64,000 nt of DNA from an uncultured Actinomycetes bacterium (GTDB lineage: Bacteria; Actinomycetota; Thermoleophilia; Gaiellales; F1-60-MAGs149), in contig CAVRMM010000002.1 of assembly GCA_963722525.1 (NCBI GenBank), positions 452,078 to 516,077 of the forward strand, written 5' to 3'. This document shows, piece after piece, positions 33,321-43,152 of the stretch; position 1 is the stretch's first letter; each line of letters starts with the position of its first letter. Below the pieces are notes generated by a model. That model did not search any database, was not told the origin of the DNA, and saw only the letters and a list, made by a program, of their open reading frames with translations. A program made the position numbers and the translations under genes.

Positions 33321-34435
33321 AGTTCTCCGTCTTCCACAACCTGGGTGCGCCCGGCCGGCTGGACGAGTACGCGGCCGTGATGGGCGAGGCGCGGGAGTAC
33401 GCGCTGGCCGCCGAGGCCGCCGGGTTCTGGTCGATCTGGTACACCGAGCACCACTTCGGGCACGAGGCCGTCGAGATCACGCCCAACCCCGTGATCATGA
33501 GCACCGACATCGCGGCGCGGACGTCGCGGATCCGCATCGGGCAGGCCGCGAACATCATCACGTTCTGGCACCCGCTGCGCCTCGCGGAGGACCTCGCGAT
33601 GCTCGACCAGCTGTCGGGCGGCCGCCTCGAGATCGGCATCGGCCGCGGCCTCTACGGCCGCGAGGCGCTGAACCTGAACCCGATCGCCGACCCCCGCAAC
33701 GAGCACCAGAACCGCGAACTGTTCGCCGAGACACTCGAGGTGATGCAGAAGGCGTGGAGCGAGGAGTTCTTCTCGCACCACGGCCGGTTCTACGAGTTCC
33801 CGCAGCCCGGCGTGCGCTGGAACCACCCGCTCAGCCCGCCCGACGAGCGGTTCGCCGACGAGCGCGGGATGATCACGAAGATGAGCGTCACGCCGCGGCC
33901 GCTGCAGCGCCCGCACCCGCCGATCTGGCAGGTCATCGACACGCAGCCGTCGATCGAGTGGGCGGCGGCGCGCGGCATCAAGGGCATGTTCTGGCTGCCG
34001 CCCGTCTCGGCCCTGAAGCGGCGCTTCGCGCTGTACCGCGAACGGGCCGCGGCGGCCGGCATCACGCTCGCCCAGGGCGAGAACCTGTCGCTGGTGCGCG
34101 ACGTCTACGTGGCACCGACGATGGAGCAGGCGCGCCGCGAGTTCGAGGCGGCGGTGATGACGTCGTACCAGTGGATCCTGCACTGGCGCGGCCTGCGCAA
34201 CCTGCTCGAGGACGGCGAGGAGCTCGGCTCGCACGCGCTCGACTACGACTTCCTGCACGCCCGCAACCAGCTGGTCGGCACGCCGGAGTTCGTGCGCGAG
34301 CGCATCGCCGAGCTGCGCGACGAGCTCGGCCTCGAGCACCTGCTGATCTGGACGACGCACCCCGGCCTGCCGCATCGCCAGGCGATGCGCAGCCTCGAGC
34401 TGTTCGCCGGCGACGTGATGCCGGAGTTCTCGTGA
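33317..34435 (+). CDS. LLM-class (luciferase-like) flavin-dependent monooxygenase
   Basis: This is the tail of ORF 33074..34435, starting MKFSVFH. It has FWSIWYTEHHF, IRIGQAANI, LDQLSGGRLEIGIGRG and GTPEFVRERI. Confidence 0.85.
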   Translation: MKFSVFHNLGAPGRLDEYAAVMGEAREYALAAEAAGFWSIWYTEHHFGHEAVEITPNPVIMSTDIAARTSRIRIGQAANIITFWHPLRLAEDLAMLDQLSGGRLEIGIGRGLYGREALNLNPIADPRNEHQNRELFAETLEVMQKAWSEEFFSHHGRFYEFPQPGVRWNHPLSPPDERFADERGMITKMSVTPRPLQRPHPPIWQVIDTQPSIEWAAARGIKGMFWLPPVSALKRRFALYRERAAAAGITLAQGENLSLVRDVYVAPTMEQARREFEAAVMTSYQWILHWRGLRNLLEDGEELGSHALDYDFLHARNQLVGTPEFVRERIAELRDELGLEHLLIWTTHPGLPHRQAMRSLELFAGDVMPEFS

Positions 34436-35016
34436 TCCGCAAGCTCGTGTCGGTGGTCGAGGAGATCTCGGCCGAGCCGGGCTCAGGGCCCAACGAGCCC
34501 GTGCGTCGCGCCGCCGCGGCCGCCGTGATCGACAACCCGTGGACGGGCCGCGGCCGCGTTGACGACCTGGGCGCCGAGGTCGAGCGGATCGCACCCGTCG
34601 TCGCCGTCGCCCTGACCGACCGCCTCGCCGAGGTGCTGGGCGGAGCGGAGGAGATCGAGGCGTTCGGCAAGGCCGCCATCGTCGGCACCGACGGCGAGAT
34701 CGAGCACGGCGCGGCGCTCATCCACACGCCCTGGTTCGGCGACGTCGTGCGGCAGGCGCTCGACGGCACGTCGATCATCGTCTTCTCCGACACGCGCGGC
34801 CCGGCCGGCACCGCGCTGGTCGTGCCCGTCTGGCACAAGACCGCCGCCGCCACCCGATCGCACTACCAGACCGTCGAGATCCGGATCGCCGACGCGCCCC
34901 GGCCCGGCGAGATCGTGCTCGTCTGCGCCGCCGCCACCGGCGGGCGCCCGCAGGCCCGCATCGGCGATCGCACCACCGACACCGCGAACGTCCGCCTGGA
35001 GGACCACCGGCCGTGA
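34432..35016 (+). CDS. 'Amino acid synthesis' family protein (PF06684/DUF1185-like), copy 1
   Basis: This is the tail of ORF 33754..35016: IRKLVSVVEEI...AAAAAVIDNPWTGRG...FGKAAIVGTDGEIEHGAALIHT...RSHYQTVEI. It has GTGA overlaps on both sides. Confidence 0.72.
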   Translation: MIRKLVSVVEEISAEPGSGPNEPVRRAAAAAVIDNPWTGRGRVDDLGAEVERIAPVVAVALTDRLAEVLGGAEEIEAFGKAAIVGTDGEIEHGAALIHTPWFGDVVRQALDGTSIIVFSDTRGPAGTALVVPVWHKTAAATRSHYQTVEIRIADAPRPGEIVLVCAAATGGRPQARIGDRTTDTANVRLEDHRP

Positions 35017-35564
35017 AGCTCCGCAAGCTCGTCACCATCATCGAGGAGACCACCTCCGAGGGCGGCCGCCCGGTCGAGCCCGTGCACCGGGTCGCGATCG
35101 TGCTCGCCGTGATCGAGAACCCGTGGGCGGGACAGGGCTTCGTCGCCGACCTCGCGCCGCTGATCGACGAGGTGGCGCCGCAGCTCGGCGAGCTGCTCTC
35201 GGCGCGCTGCGTCGAGGCGCTCGGCGTGCCGGCCGAGGCGTACGGCAAGGCCGGGCTCGTCGGGCTGGACGGCGAGGTCGAGCACGCGTCGGGCCTCATC
35301 CACACCCTCAAGTTCGGCAACTTCTTCCGCACCGCCGCCAACGCCACGACGCTGCTGCCGGCCGTCGAGAAGGTCGCGCCCGCCGGCGCCAGCTTCGACA
35401 TCCCGCTGAAGCACATCACCGACGCCACGATCCGGTCGCACCACCAGTCGGTCACCGCCTTCGTCCCCGACGCGCCGCGCGCGAACGAGCTGCTGATCGG
35501 CCTCGCCGCCGCCAGCCGCGGCCGACCGCAGGAGCGGCTCGCGCCCCTGTCGACCGAGCTGTGA
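35013..35564 (+). CDS. 'Amino acid synthesis' family protein (PF06684/DUF1185-like), copy 2
   Basis: ORF 35013..35564 has LRKLVTIIEET...VAIVLAVIENPWAGQG...YGKAGLVGLDGEVEHASGLIHT...RSHHQSVTA. It is clearly paralogous to copy 1. Confidence 0.72.
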   Translation: MKLRKLVTIIEETTSEGGRPVEPVHRVAIVLAVIENPWAGQGFVADLAPLIDEVAPQLGELLSARCVEALGVPAEAYGKAGLVGLDGEVEHASGLIHTLKFGNFFRTAANATTLLPAVEKVAPAGASFDIPLKHITDATIRSHHQSVTAFVPDAPRANELLIGLAAASRGRPQERLAPLSTEL

Positions 35565-36238
35565 TCGACGGGCCGGTCCTGCTGCTGCACGGCGTCGGTC
35601 TCGACCGCACGGTCTGGGATCCGGTCGTCGCGCTGCTGGGCGGCGCCGACGTGCATGCGCCGAACCTGCGCGGCCACGGCGGCGACGTGCTGGACGGGCC
35701 CGTCACCCTGCGCGACCTGGTGCCCGACGTGTCCGAGCCGGCCCACGTGGTCGGGTTTTCGCTGGGCGGCCTGGTCGCCACCCGGCTGGCGGCCGACCGG
35801 CCCGAGCTGGTGCGGTCGCTGACGCTCGTCGCCACCGTCGCGGAGCGCACACCCGAGGAGCGCGCGGCGGTGGGGAAGCGGCTCGCCGCCGCCGAGGCCG
35901 ACCTGCACGGGTCGTTCGACGGCGCCCTGGCGCGCTGGGGCTCCGACGTGGTCGCGCCGGTGCTGCACGCGAACGACCGTGAGAGCTACCTCGCCTGCTA
36001 CCGCGTATTCGCGACGGCCGACGCGGAATGCGCGCCGCTGTACGCCGGGCTCGAGATGCCGGTGCTCGCGATCACCGGCGCCGACGACGCCGGCTCCACG
36101 CCCGCCATGTCCGCCACCATCGCCGCGGCGTGCCCGCGCGGCGAGGTCGTGATCGTCCCTGGCGCCCGCCACCTGCTGCCGCTCGACGCGCCGCAGGCCG
36201 TGGCCGACGCCATCATCCGCAACGCCGGGAGGTCCTGA
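35561..36238 (+). CDS. Alpha/beta hydrolase
   Basis: This is the tail of ORF 35123..36238. It has VLLLHGVGLD, the nucleophile elbow VVGFSLGG and a C-terminal GARHLLPLDAP (His). Confidence 0.8.
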   Translation: MIDGPVLLLHGVGLDRTVWDPVVALLGGADVHAPNLRGHGGDVLDGPVTLRDLVPDVSEPAHVVGFSLGGLVATRLAADRPELVRSLTLVATVAERTPEERAAVGKRLAAAEADLHGSFDGALARWGSDVVAPVLHANDRESYLACYRVFATADAECAPLYAGLEMPVLAITGADDAGSTPAMSATIAAACPRGEVVIVPGARHLLPLDAPQAVADAIIRNAGRS

Positions 36239-37737
36239 TGGCAACCGTCGCGCTCAAGCAGTACCAGCACTACATCGGCGGCGCGTGGGTGGATGCCGCC
36301 GACGGCGCCACCTTCGAATCGTTCAACCCGGCCACCGGCGAGCCCTGGTACACGGCCGCCCGCGGCAGCGCGGAGGACATGCATCGCGCGGTGGCGGCCG
36401 CCAAGAAGGCGTTCGACGCGCCGTCGTGGAAGGGCCTCACGCAGACGCAGCGTGGCCACCTGCTGCGCAAGCTGGGCGACCTGATCGCCGAGAACGCCGA
36501 GCGCCTCGCGGTCGCGGAGTCGACCGACAACGGCAAGCTGATCCGCGAGATGCGCGTGCAGCTCGCCGTGCTGCCGGAGTACTACTACTACTTCGGCGGG
36601 CTGGCCGACAAGATCCACGGCGACGTCATCCCGGCCCTGCGCAAGGAGATCCTCAACTACACGCTGCGCGAGCCGATCGGCGTGGTCGGGGCGATCACGC
36701 CCTGGAACTCGCCGCTGCTGCTGACCTCGATGAAGCTCGCGCCGGCGCTGGCGGCGGGCTGCGCGATCGTCATCAAGCCGTCCGAGCACACCTCGGCGTC
36801 GCTGCTGGAGATGATGCCGCTGATCGAGCAGGCGGGGTTCCCGCCGGGCGTGGTCAACGTCGTCACCGGCTTCGGTGCCGACGCCGGGGCGGCGCTGGTG
36901 GGCCACTCCGACGTCGCCAAGATCGCGTTCACGGGCTCCAGCCAGACGGGCGCGCGGATCGCCGCCCAGGCCGGCGGCCGCCTGGCGCGCGTCACCCTCG
37001 AGCTGGGCGGCAAGTCGCCGCAGCTGGTGTTCGACGACGCCGACCCGCAGAGCGCCGCGATGGGCATCGTGGCGGGCGTGTTCGCGGCGGCCGGGCAGAC
37101 GTGCGTCGCCGGCTCGCGTGTGTTCCTGCAGGAGGGCATCTACGACGAGGTGCTCGAGCTGGTGCTGGAGCGCACGCGGCGCATCAAGATCGGCGACCCG
37201 CTCGATGCCGAGACCGAGCTCGGCCCGCTGGCGCTCAAGGACCAGCTCGAGAAGGTGCAGGGCTACGTCGCGATCGGCCGCGACACCGACGGCGCCACGC
37301 TGCTGCACGGCGGCCGCCAGCCCGACATCGCGGCGACGTCGGGCGGCTGGTTCCACGAGCCGACCATCTTCACCGACGCCCGCAACGACATGCGGGTCTG
37401 CCAGGAGGAGATCTTCGGCCCGGTCGCGATGATGATGCGGTTCCGCGACGAGGCCGAGGCGGTCGAGCTGGCGAACTCCAGCCAGTTCGGGCTCGCCGCC
37501 GGCGTGTGGACGCGCGACCTGGCCCGCGCGCACCGGATGGCGTCGGCGCTCGACGCGGGCACGATCTGGATCAACACCTACCGGGCGATGTCGCCGATGT
37601 CGCCGCTGGGCGGGTTCAAGCAGTCGGGCATGGGCAAGGAGAACAGCCCCGAGGTGATGCGGGAGTACACGCGGCTGAAGTCGGTGTGGGTCAACACCAG
37701 CGACGAGCCGACCGCCGATCCGTTCGTCCTGCGCTGA
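36238..37737 (+). CDS. NAD(P)-dependent aldehyde dehydrogenase
   Basis: This is the tail of ORF 36028..37737. It has GAITPWNSPL, FTGSSQTG, the catalytic LELGGKSP and GQTCVAGSR, and EEIFGPV. Confidence 0.9.
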   Translation: MATVALKQYQHYIGGAWVDAADGATFESFNPATGEPWYTAARGSAEDMHRAVAAAKKAFDAPSWKGLTQTQRGHLLRKLGDLIAENAERLAVAESTDNGKLIREMRVQLAVLPEYYYYFGGLADKIHGDVIPALRKEILNYTLREPIGVVGAITPWNSPLLLTSMKLAPALAAGCAIVIKPSEHTSASLLEMMPLIEQAGFPPGVVNVVTGFGADAGAALVGHSDVAKIAFTGSSQTGARIAAQAGGRLARVTLELGGKSPQLVFDDADPQSAAMGIVAGVFAAAGQTCVAGSRVFLQEGIYDEVLELVLERTRRIKIGDPLDAETELGPLALKDQLEKVQGYVAIGRDTDGATLLHGGRQPDIAATSGGWFHEPTIFTDARNDMRVCQEEIFGPVAMMMRFRDEAEAVELANSSQFGLAAGVWTRDLARAHRMASALDAGTIWINTYRAMSPMSPLGGFKQSGMGKENSPEVMREYTRLKSVWVNTSDEPTADPFVLR

Positions 37738-37763
37738 CCGCAGGTGTAGTACCGTCGGCTCCC

Positions 37764-38561
37764 ATGTCCGACGACCTCGCGCTCGTCGCCGACGCCGACG
37801 GCGTCCGCACGATCACCATGAATCGCCCCGAGCGCCGCAACGCGCTCAACCTCGCGCTGCTCGAGGCGCTGCGGGCGGCGTTCGCCGCCGCCGCCGCCGA
37901 CGAGGCGATCCGCTCCGTCGTGCTGGCGGGCGCGGGGAAGGGGTTCTGCGCGGGCGCCGACGTGAGCGACTGGGCCTCGTACGGCGATGCCGACGGGGCG
38001 GCCGCCGACGCCGGCGCGGCGTGGGAGCGCAACGCGCACGCGCTGGTGCAGGAGGTGCACGACCTGCCGAAGCCGACCGTCGCGGTGCTGCACGGCGCCG
38101 CGGTCGGCGCCGGGCTCGACCTCGCGTGCGCCTGCGACTTCCGCGTGGCGGCCGAGGACGCCGTCTTCTTCTGCGCCTACACCTGGGTCGGCTACAACCC
38201 CGACGTCGGCGGCTCGTGGCTGTACCCGCGCCTGATGGGCCTGGAGGCGGCGAAGCGGTTCGTGTACACGGGCGAGCGGTGGGACGCCGCCACGGCGAAG
38301 GGCCACGGCCTGGTCTCCGAGGTCGTCTCGCGCGACGAGCTGGCCGCCGCGGGCGCGAGCCTGGCGGCCGAGCTGGCGAGCGGGCCGAGCGTCGCGATCG
38401 GGCTCGCGAAGGGCCTGCTGCAGACCGCGTCCACGCGCACGCTCGGCGAGCAGCTGGAGGCCGAGAAGGCGGCGGGCCAGATCTGCGCCGAGACCGAGGA
38501 CCACCGCGAGGCGCTGGCGGCGTTCACCGAGAAGCGCTCGCCCGTGTTCCGCGGCCGGTGA
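37764..38561 (+). CDS. Enoyl-CoA hydratase/isomerase (crotonase) family protein
   Basis: This is the tail of ORF 36285..38561. It has ITMNRPERRNAL, GKGFCAGADV, HGAAVGAGLDLACACD and EDHREALAAFTEKR. Confidence 0.88.
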   Translation: MSDDLALVADADGVRTITMNRPERRNALNLALLEALRAAFAAAAADEAIRSVVLAGAGKGFCAGADVSDWASYGDADGAAADAGAAWERNAHALVQEVHDLPKPTVAVLHGAAVGAGLDLACACDFRVAAEDAVFFCAYTWVGYNPDVGGSWLYPRLMGLEAAKRFVYTGERWDAATAKGHGLVSEVVSRDELAAAGASLAAELASGPSVAIGLAKGLLQTASTRTLGEQLEAEKAAGQICAETEDHREALAAFTEKRSPVFRGR

Positions 38562-40555
38562 ACGCCCGGCGCCTGCTGCGACCGCGCTCGGTCGCCTTCA
38601 TCGGCGGTGGCCTCTCGCCCGTGGCGATGCAGATCTGCGTCGACGGCGGCTTCGACGGCCCCGTGTACGCGGTGCACCCGCGCAACGAGGGCGCCTACCG
38701 GTCGATCGCCGACCTGCCCACGGTGCCGGACGCGGCCTTCATCGGCGTCAACGCCCAGGCTACCGTCGAGGTGGTCGGCCAGCTGGCCGCGATCGGCACG
38801 GGCGGCGCCGTCTGCTACGCCGCCGGGTTCGCCGAGGCGGGCGACCCGGAGCTGGAGCGGGCGCTGGTCGAGGCGGCGGGGGAGATGGCGCTGCTGGGCC
38901 CCAACTGCTACGGCCTGGTCAACCGCGTCGACGGCGCCAGCCTGTGGCCCGTGCCGTATCCGCTGCCCCGCGTCGACCGCGGCATCGGGCTGGTGCTGCA
39001 GTCGGGCAATCTCGGCATCAACCTCTCGATGGCCGACCGGTCGCTGCCGGTCGCGTTCATCCTCACGGTCGGCAACCAGGCCGGCCTCGACGTCGCCGCC
39101 TCCGTCGACCTGCTGCTCGACCAGCCGGAGACGACCGGGATCGGCATCTACCTGGAGGGCCTGCGCGACGCCGCGCCGTTCGCCGACGCGGCCGCCCGGG
39201 CGCTGGAGCGCGGCATCCCGATCACCGTGGTCAAGTCGGGGGCGAGCGAGGTCGGCGCCCAGGTGACCGCCACCCACACCAGCTCGCTGGCCGGGTCGGA
39301 CGAGCTCTACGACGCGTTCTTCGACCGGCTCGGCGTCAGCCGCGCACCCGACATGCCGGCCCTGCTCGAGACGCTGAAGGCGCAGACGGCCATCGGCCCG
39401 TTGCGCGGCCGGCGCACGATCGTGTTCACGTGCTCCGGCGGCGAGTCGGCCCTGTCGGCCGACGCCGCCACGGCGGCCGGGCTGGAGCTGCCGCCGCTGA
39501 GCGAGGCGACCACCGCCACCATCGCGGCCGAGCTGCCGTGGTATGCCGGCGTGGGCAATCCGCTGGACTACAACACCTCGCTGTGGGGCCTCGAAGAGCC
39601 GCTCACGCGCGTGTTCTCGGCCGCGCTCACCGAGGGCGCCGACGTCGCGCTGCTGGTGATCGACCACCCGCGCGCCGACCTGGGCATCACCTCCGAGATC
39701 GACGCCGCCGTCACCGCGCTGGAGCGCGCGTGCGCGACCGCCGGCGTGGCCGCGGCCGTCGTCTCGACGATGCCCGAGTCGTTCCCCGCCGACCGCCGCG
39801 ATGCGCTCTACGCGCGCGGCGTGGCCCCGTTGCAGGGGCTGCGGGACGCGTTCGGGGCGCTCGGCGCCTGCGCGGCGTGGGGCGCCCGCCTCGCCGATCC
39901 GACGCCCGTGTCGGTGGACGCGCAGGCCGAGGAGCCCGACGCGCCGCTGCTCGACGAGCACGACTCGAAGCGGCGCGTCGCCGCCGCGGGCGTCGCGGTG
40001 CCCGACGGGCGCCTCGTCGAGCCGGCGGCGGCAGGTGCGGCGGCGGCCCAGATCGGGTTCCCGGTGGCGGTCAAGCTGTGCTCGGCCGACTTGCCGCACA
40101 AGGCCGACGCCGGCGCGCTGGCGCTGGGGCTGACCTCGGCGGCCGCGGTCGACGAGGCCGTCGCGAGAATGCTGGAGCGCAATGCCGGCGTGCCGCTCTC
40201 CGGCGTGCTGGTCGAGTGCATGGTCGGCGGTGCCGTGGCCGAGTTGCTGGTCGGCATCAAGCGCGACCCGGTGTTCGGGCCGGTGGTGGTGGTGGGCGCC
40301 GGCGGCGGCCTGGTCGAGCTGATCGGCGATGCGCGGCCGCTGCTCGCACCCGTCACGCGCCCGGCGGTGGAGGCGGCGCTGCGCAGCCTGCGGATCTGGC
40401 CCCGGATCGCGCGTGGCGACATCGCCGCGGCGGTCGACGCGGTGCTCGCAATCGCAGGCCTGGCGCCGGATGTCGTCGAGCTCGACGTGAATCCGCTGCT
40501 GGTGCTCGACGTGGGTTGCGTCGCAGCGGACGCGTTAATCCGCACGTCGCGCTAA
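38558..40555 (+). CDS. ADP-forming (NDP-forming) acyl-CoA synthetase family protein (CoA-binding + succinyl-CoA-synthetase-like + ATP-grasp domains)
   Basis: This is the tail of ORF 38021..40555. It has SVAFIGG, LLGPNCYG, SGNLG, the phosphohistidine loop ATHTSSLAGSD and a C-terminal ATP-grasp (FPVAVKL...HKADAGA). It has a GTGA overlap with the crotonase stop. Confidence 0.8.
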   Translation: MNARRLLRPRSVAFIGGGLSPVAMQICVDGGFDGPVYAVHPRNEGAYRSIADLPTVPDAAFIGVNAQATVEVVGQLAAIGTGGAVCYAAGFAEAGDPELERALVEAAGEMALLGPNCYGLVNRVDGASLWPVPYPLPRVDRGIGLVLQSGNLGINLSMADRSLPVAFILTVGNQAGLDVAASVDLLLDQPETTGIGIYLEGLRDAAPFADAAARALERGIPITVVKSGASEVGAQVTATHTSSLAGSDELYDAFFDRLGVSRAPDMPALLETLKAQTAIGPLRGRRTIVFTCSGGESALSADAATAAGLELPPLSEATTATIAAELPWYAGVGNPLDYNTSLWGLEEPLTRVFSAALTEGADVALLVIDHPRADLGITSEIDAAVTALERACATAGVAAAVVSTMPESFPADRRDALYARGVAPLQGLRDAFGALGACAAWGARLADPTPVSVDAQAEEPDAPLLDEHDSKRRVAAAGVAVPDGRLVEPAAAGAAAAQIGFPVAVKLCSADLPHKADAGALALGLTSAAAVDEAVARMLERNAGVPLSGVLVECMVGGAVAELLVGIKRDPVFGPVVVVGAGGGLVELIGDARPLLAPVTRPAVEAALRSLRIWPRIARGDIAAAVDAVLAIAGLAPDVVELDVNPLLVLDVGCVAADALIRTSR

Positions 40556-40643
40556 AGCCCCCTGCCCCAGTGCCGATGACCTAGCCCGAGGGCCTGGAAC
40601 CGGTGTGGGAACCGGCTCCGATGCCCGGAGCAAGGGGAGCACC

Positions 40644-41168
40644 GTGGTTCGTCTCGTCACGATCGCAGTCGCGCTGGCAGCAGTTGCCATTCCCGCGCGC
40701 GCTCTGGCGGCTGCACCGGTCACGTCGGGTTCGATCCGGGTGAACGCGTCGGTGGCGACGGTGCAGATCGGGCTCACCCGCTCCACCGTGGTGCGGCGCG
40801 TCGGCCAGCCGCTGGAGCGGCACTCCCGCGACGACTGGGGCTGGGACGGGCCGATGACGACCTTCGGCGTGACCTTCGACCAGCACCGCGTGGTGCGCGT
40901 CTCGATCGGCGGCTCGGGGCTCTTCTGCATCAAGGCCGGCGTGTGCACGGGCAGCCGCGGCGGCATCGGCTATCTGAAGCGGCGCTATGGCTCGAAGCTG
41001 CACTTCTTCCGCGTCGAGGATGGCACGCGCGCCGCGATGGTCGTCGGCAAGCGCGGCAAGCGCCGGGTGTTCACGATCTTCGGCGACGTCACGTCGGCGA
41101 AGCCCGCGGGTCGGTTCCGCAGCGTCCTGATGGGCGATTGCGACCGCGGCGCCAGCCGCCCCTGCTGA
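40644..41168 (+). CDS. Secreted hypothetical protein
   Basis: GGGGAG lies 5 nt before GTG 40644. The signal-like N-terminus is VVRLVTIAVALAAVAIPARALA. No family was recognised. Confidence 0.5.
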   Translation: MVRLVTIAVALAAVAIPARALAAAPVTSGSIRVNASVATVQIGLTRSTVVRRVGQPLERHSRDDWGWDGPMTTFGVTFDQHRVVRVSIGGSGLFCIKAGVCTGSRGGIGYLKRRYGSKLHFFRVEDGTRAAMVVGKRGKRRVFTIFGDVTSAKPAGRFRSVLMGDCDRGASRPC

Positions 41169-41274
41169 CCGTTCGCCCGGCGGTGCCAGGCACCGATGAC
41201 GCCGGCACACATCCGTGCGCGGTTTGGCCGGATCCGGCACGGACCGCGCGGCGCGCTGCGCTACGCTCGCCGCG

Positions 41275-43152
41275 ATGAGCCGAGTCGAGGAGCTGCACCG
41301 CGCGAGCCTGGCCGACCCCGCGGCCTTCTGGGGTGAGGCGGCGCGCGCCATCGACTGGACGGTGGCGCCGACGACCGTCCTCGACGATCGCAACGCGCCG
41401 TTCGTCCACTGGTTCCCGGACGGCGAGCTGAACACCGCCTGGAACTGCATCGACCGGCACGTCGCGGGCGGCCGCGCCGACCAGCTCGCGCTCGTCTCCG
41501 ACTCGCCGGTGACCGGCACCGTCCGTCGCTTCACGTACCGCGGAGCTGCAGGACGAGGTCGCGCGCCTCGCCGGCGCGTTGGCCGGGCTCGGCGTCGGGC
41601 GCGGCGACCGGGTCGTGCTGTACATGCCGATGGTGCCCGAGGCGGTGTTCGGCGATGCTCGCCTGCGCGCGGCTCGGCGCCGTCCACTCGGTGGTGTTCG
41701 GCGGCTTCGCGCCGCGCGAGCTCGCGATCCGCATCGACGACGCGCCGGCCGACCGTGATCCTGTCGGCGTCGTGCGGCATCGAGGGCGCCCGCGTGATCC
41801 CGTACAAGCCGCTCCTCGACGAGGCGATCGGCCTCGCCCGCCACAAGCCAGGTGCGTGCCTGATCCTGCAGCGGCCGCAGGCCGAGGCGTCGCTGGTCGA
41901 GGGCCGCGACCACGACTGGGCCGGCGCGGTCGCCGCGGCGGCACCGGCGGACTGCGTGCCGGTGCGCGCCACCGACCCGCTCTACATCCTCTACACGTCG
42001 GGCACCACCGGGTTGCCGAAGGGCGTCGTGCGCGACAACGGCGGGCACGCCGTGGCGCTCGCGTGGTCGATGCCGAACGTCTATGGCGTCAAGCCGGGTG
42101 ACGTCTACTGGGCGGCGTCCGACGTCGGCTGGGTCGTTGGCCACTCCTACATCGTCTACGCGCCCCTGCTGCACGGCTGCACGACGATCCTGTACGAGGG
42201 CAAGCCGGTCGGGACGCCCGATGCGGGCGCCTTCTGGCGCGTCATCGCCGAGCACGGCGTGCGGACGCTGTTCACCGCGCCGACCGCGTTCCGCGCGATC
42301 AAGAAGGAGGATCCCGACGGCAAGCTGCTCGCGCAGCACGACCTGGGCGGGTTCGAGGCGCTGTTCCTCGCCGGCGAGCGCACCGACACGGACACCTACC
42401 ACTGGGCGCGCGACCTGCTCGGCGTGCCGGTGATCGACCACTGGTGGCAGACGGAGTCCGGGTGGCCGATCGCGGCGAACTGCATCGGCATCGAGCCCCT
42501 GCCCGTGAAGCCCGGCTCGCCGACGAAGCCCGTGCCGGGCTACGACGTGCGGATCCTGCGCGAGACCGGGGAGGAGGCCGACCGCGGCGAGACCGGTGCG
42601 ATCGCGATTCGCCTGCCGCTGCCGCCAGGCGCGCTGCCGACGCTGTGGAACGACGACGAGCGCTTCGTCTCCTCCTACATGGAGCAGTTCCCCGGCCACT
42701 ACGTGACGGGCGACGGCGGCTACATGGACGAGGATGGCTACCTGTTCGTCATGGGCCGCATCGACGACGTCATCAACGTCGCGGGCCACCGCCTGTCGAC
42801 CGGCTCGATGGAGGAGGTGCTCGCGACGCACGCCGACGTCGCGGAGTGCGCGGTGATCGGCGTGCCGGACGAACTGCGCGGCGAGGTGCCGTTCGGCTTC
42901 GTGGTGCTGAAGGCGGGCGTCGACCGGCCCGGTGCCGAGATCGTCCGCGAGCTCGTCCAGCTCGTGCGCGAGCAGGTGGGTGCGGTCGCGGTGTTCCGCG
43001 ATGCGCGGATCGTCGCCCGTCTGCCGAAGACCCGCTCGGGCAAGATCCTGCGCGGCACGATGCGCTCGATCGCGGCCGGCACCGCGTACACCGTGCCCTC
43101 CACGATCGACGATCCGGCCATCCTGGAGGAGATCGCGACCGCCCTGTCTTGA
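41275..43152 (+). pseudogene. AMP-forming acetyl/propionyl-CoA synthetase family ligase; frame broken three times (likely artefact)
   Basis: The N-terminus FWGEAARAIDW...WFPDGELNTAWNCIDRH, YTSGTTGLPKG, WWQTESG, YVTGDGGYMDEDGY and KTRSGKILR are in ORF 41215..43152. The internal segment [11 protein letters not shown]...[11 protein letters not shown]|[19 protein letters not shown]...IDDA|RPTVILSAS runs through the two other frames. Extra bases lie near 41541, 41651 and 41744. Confidence 0.88.
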
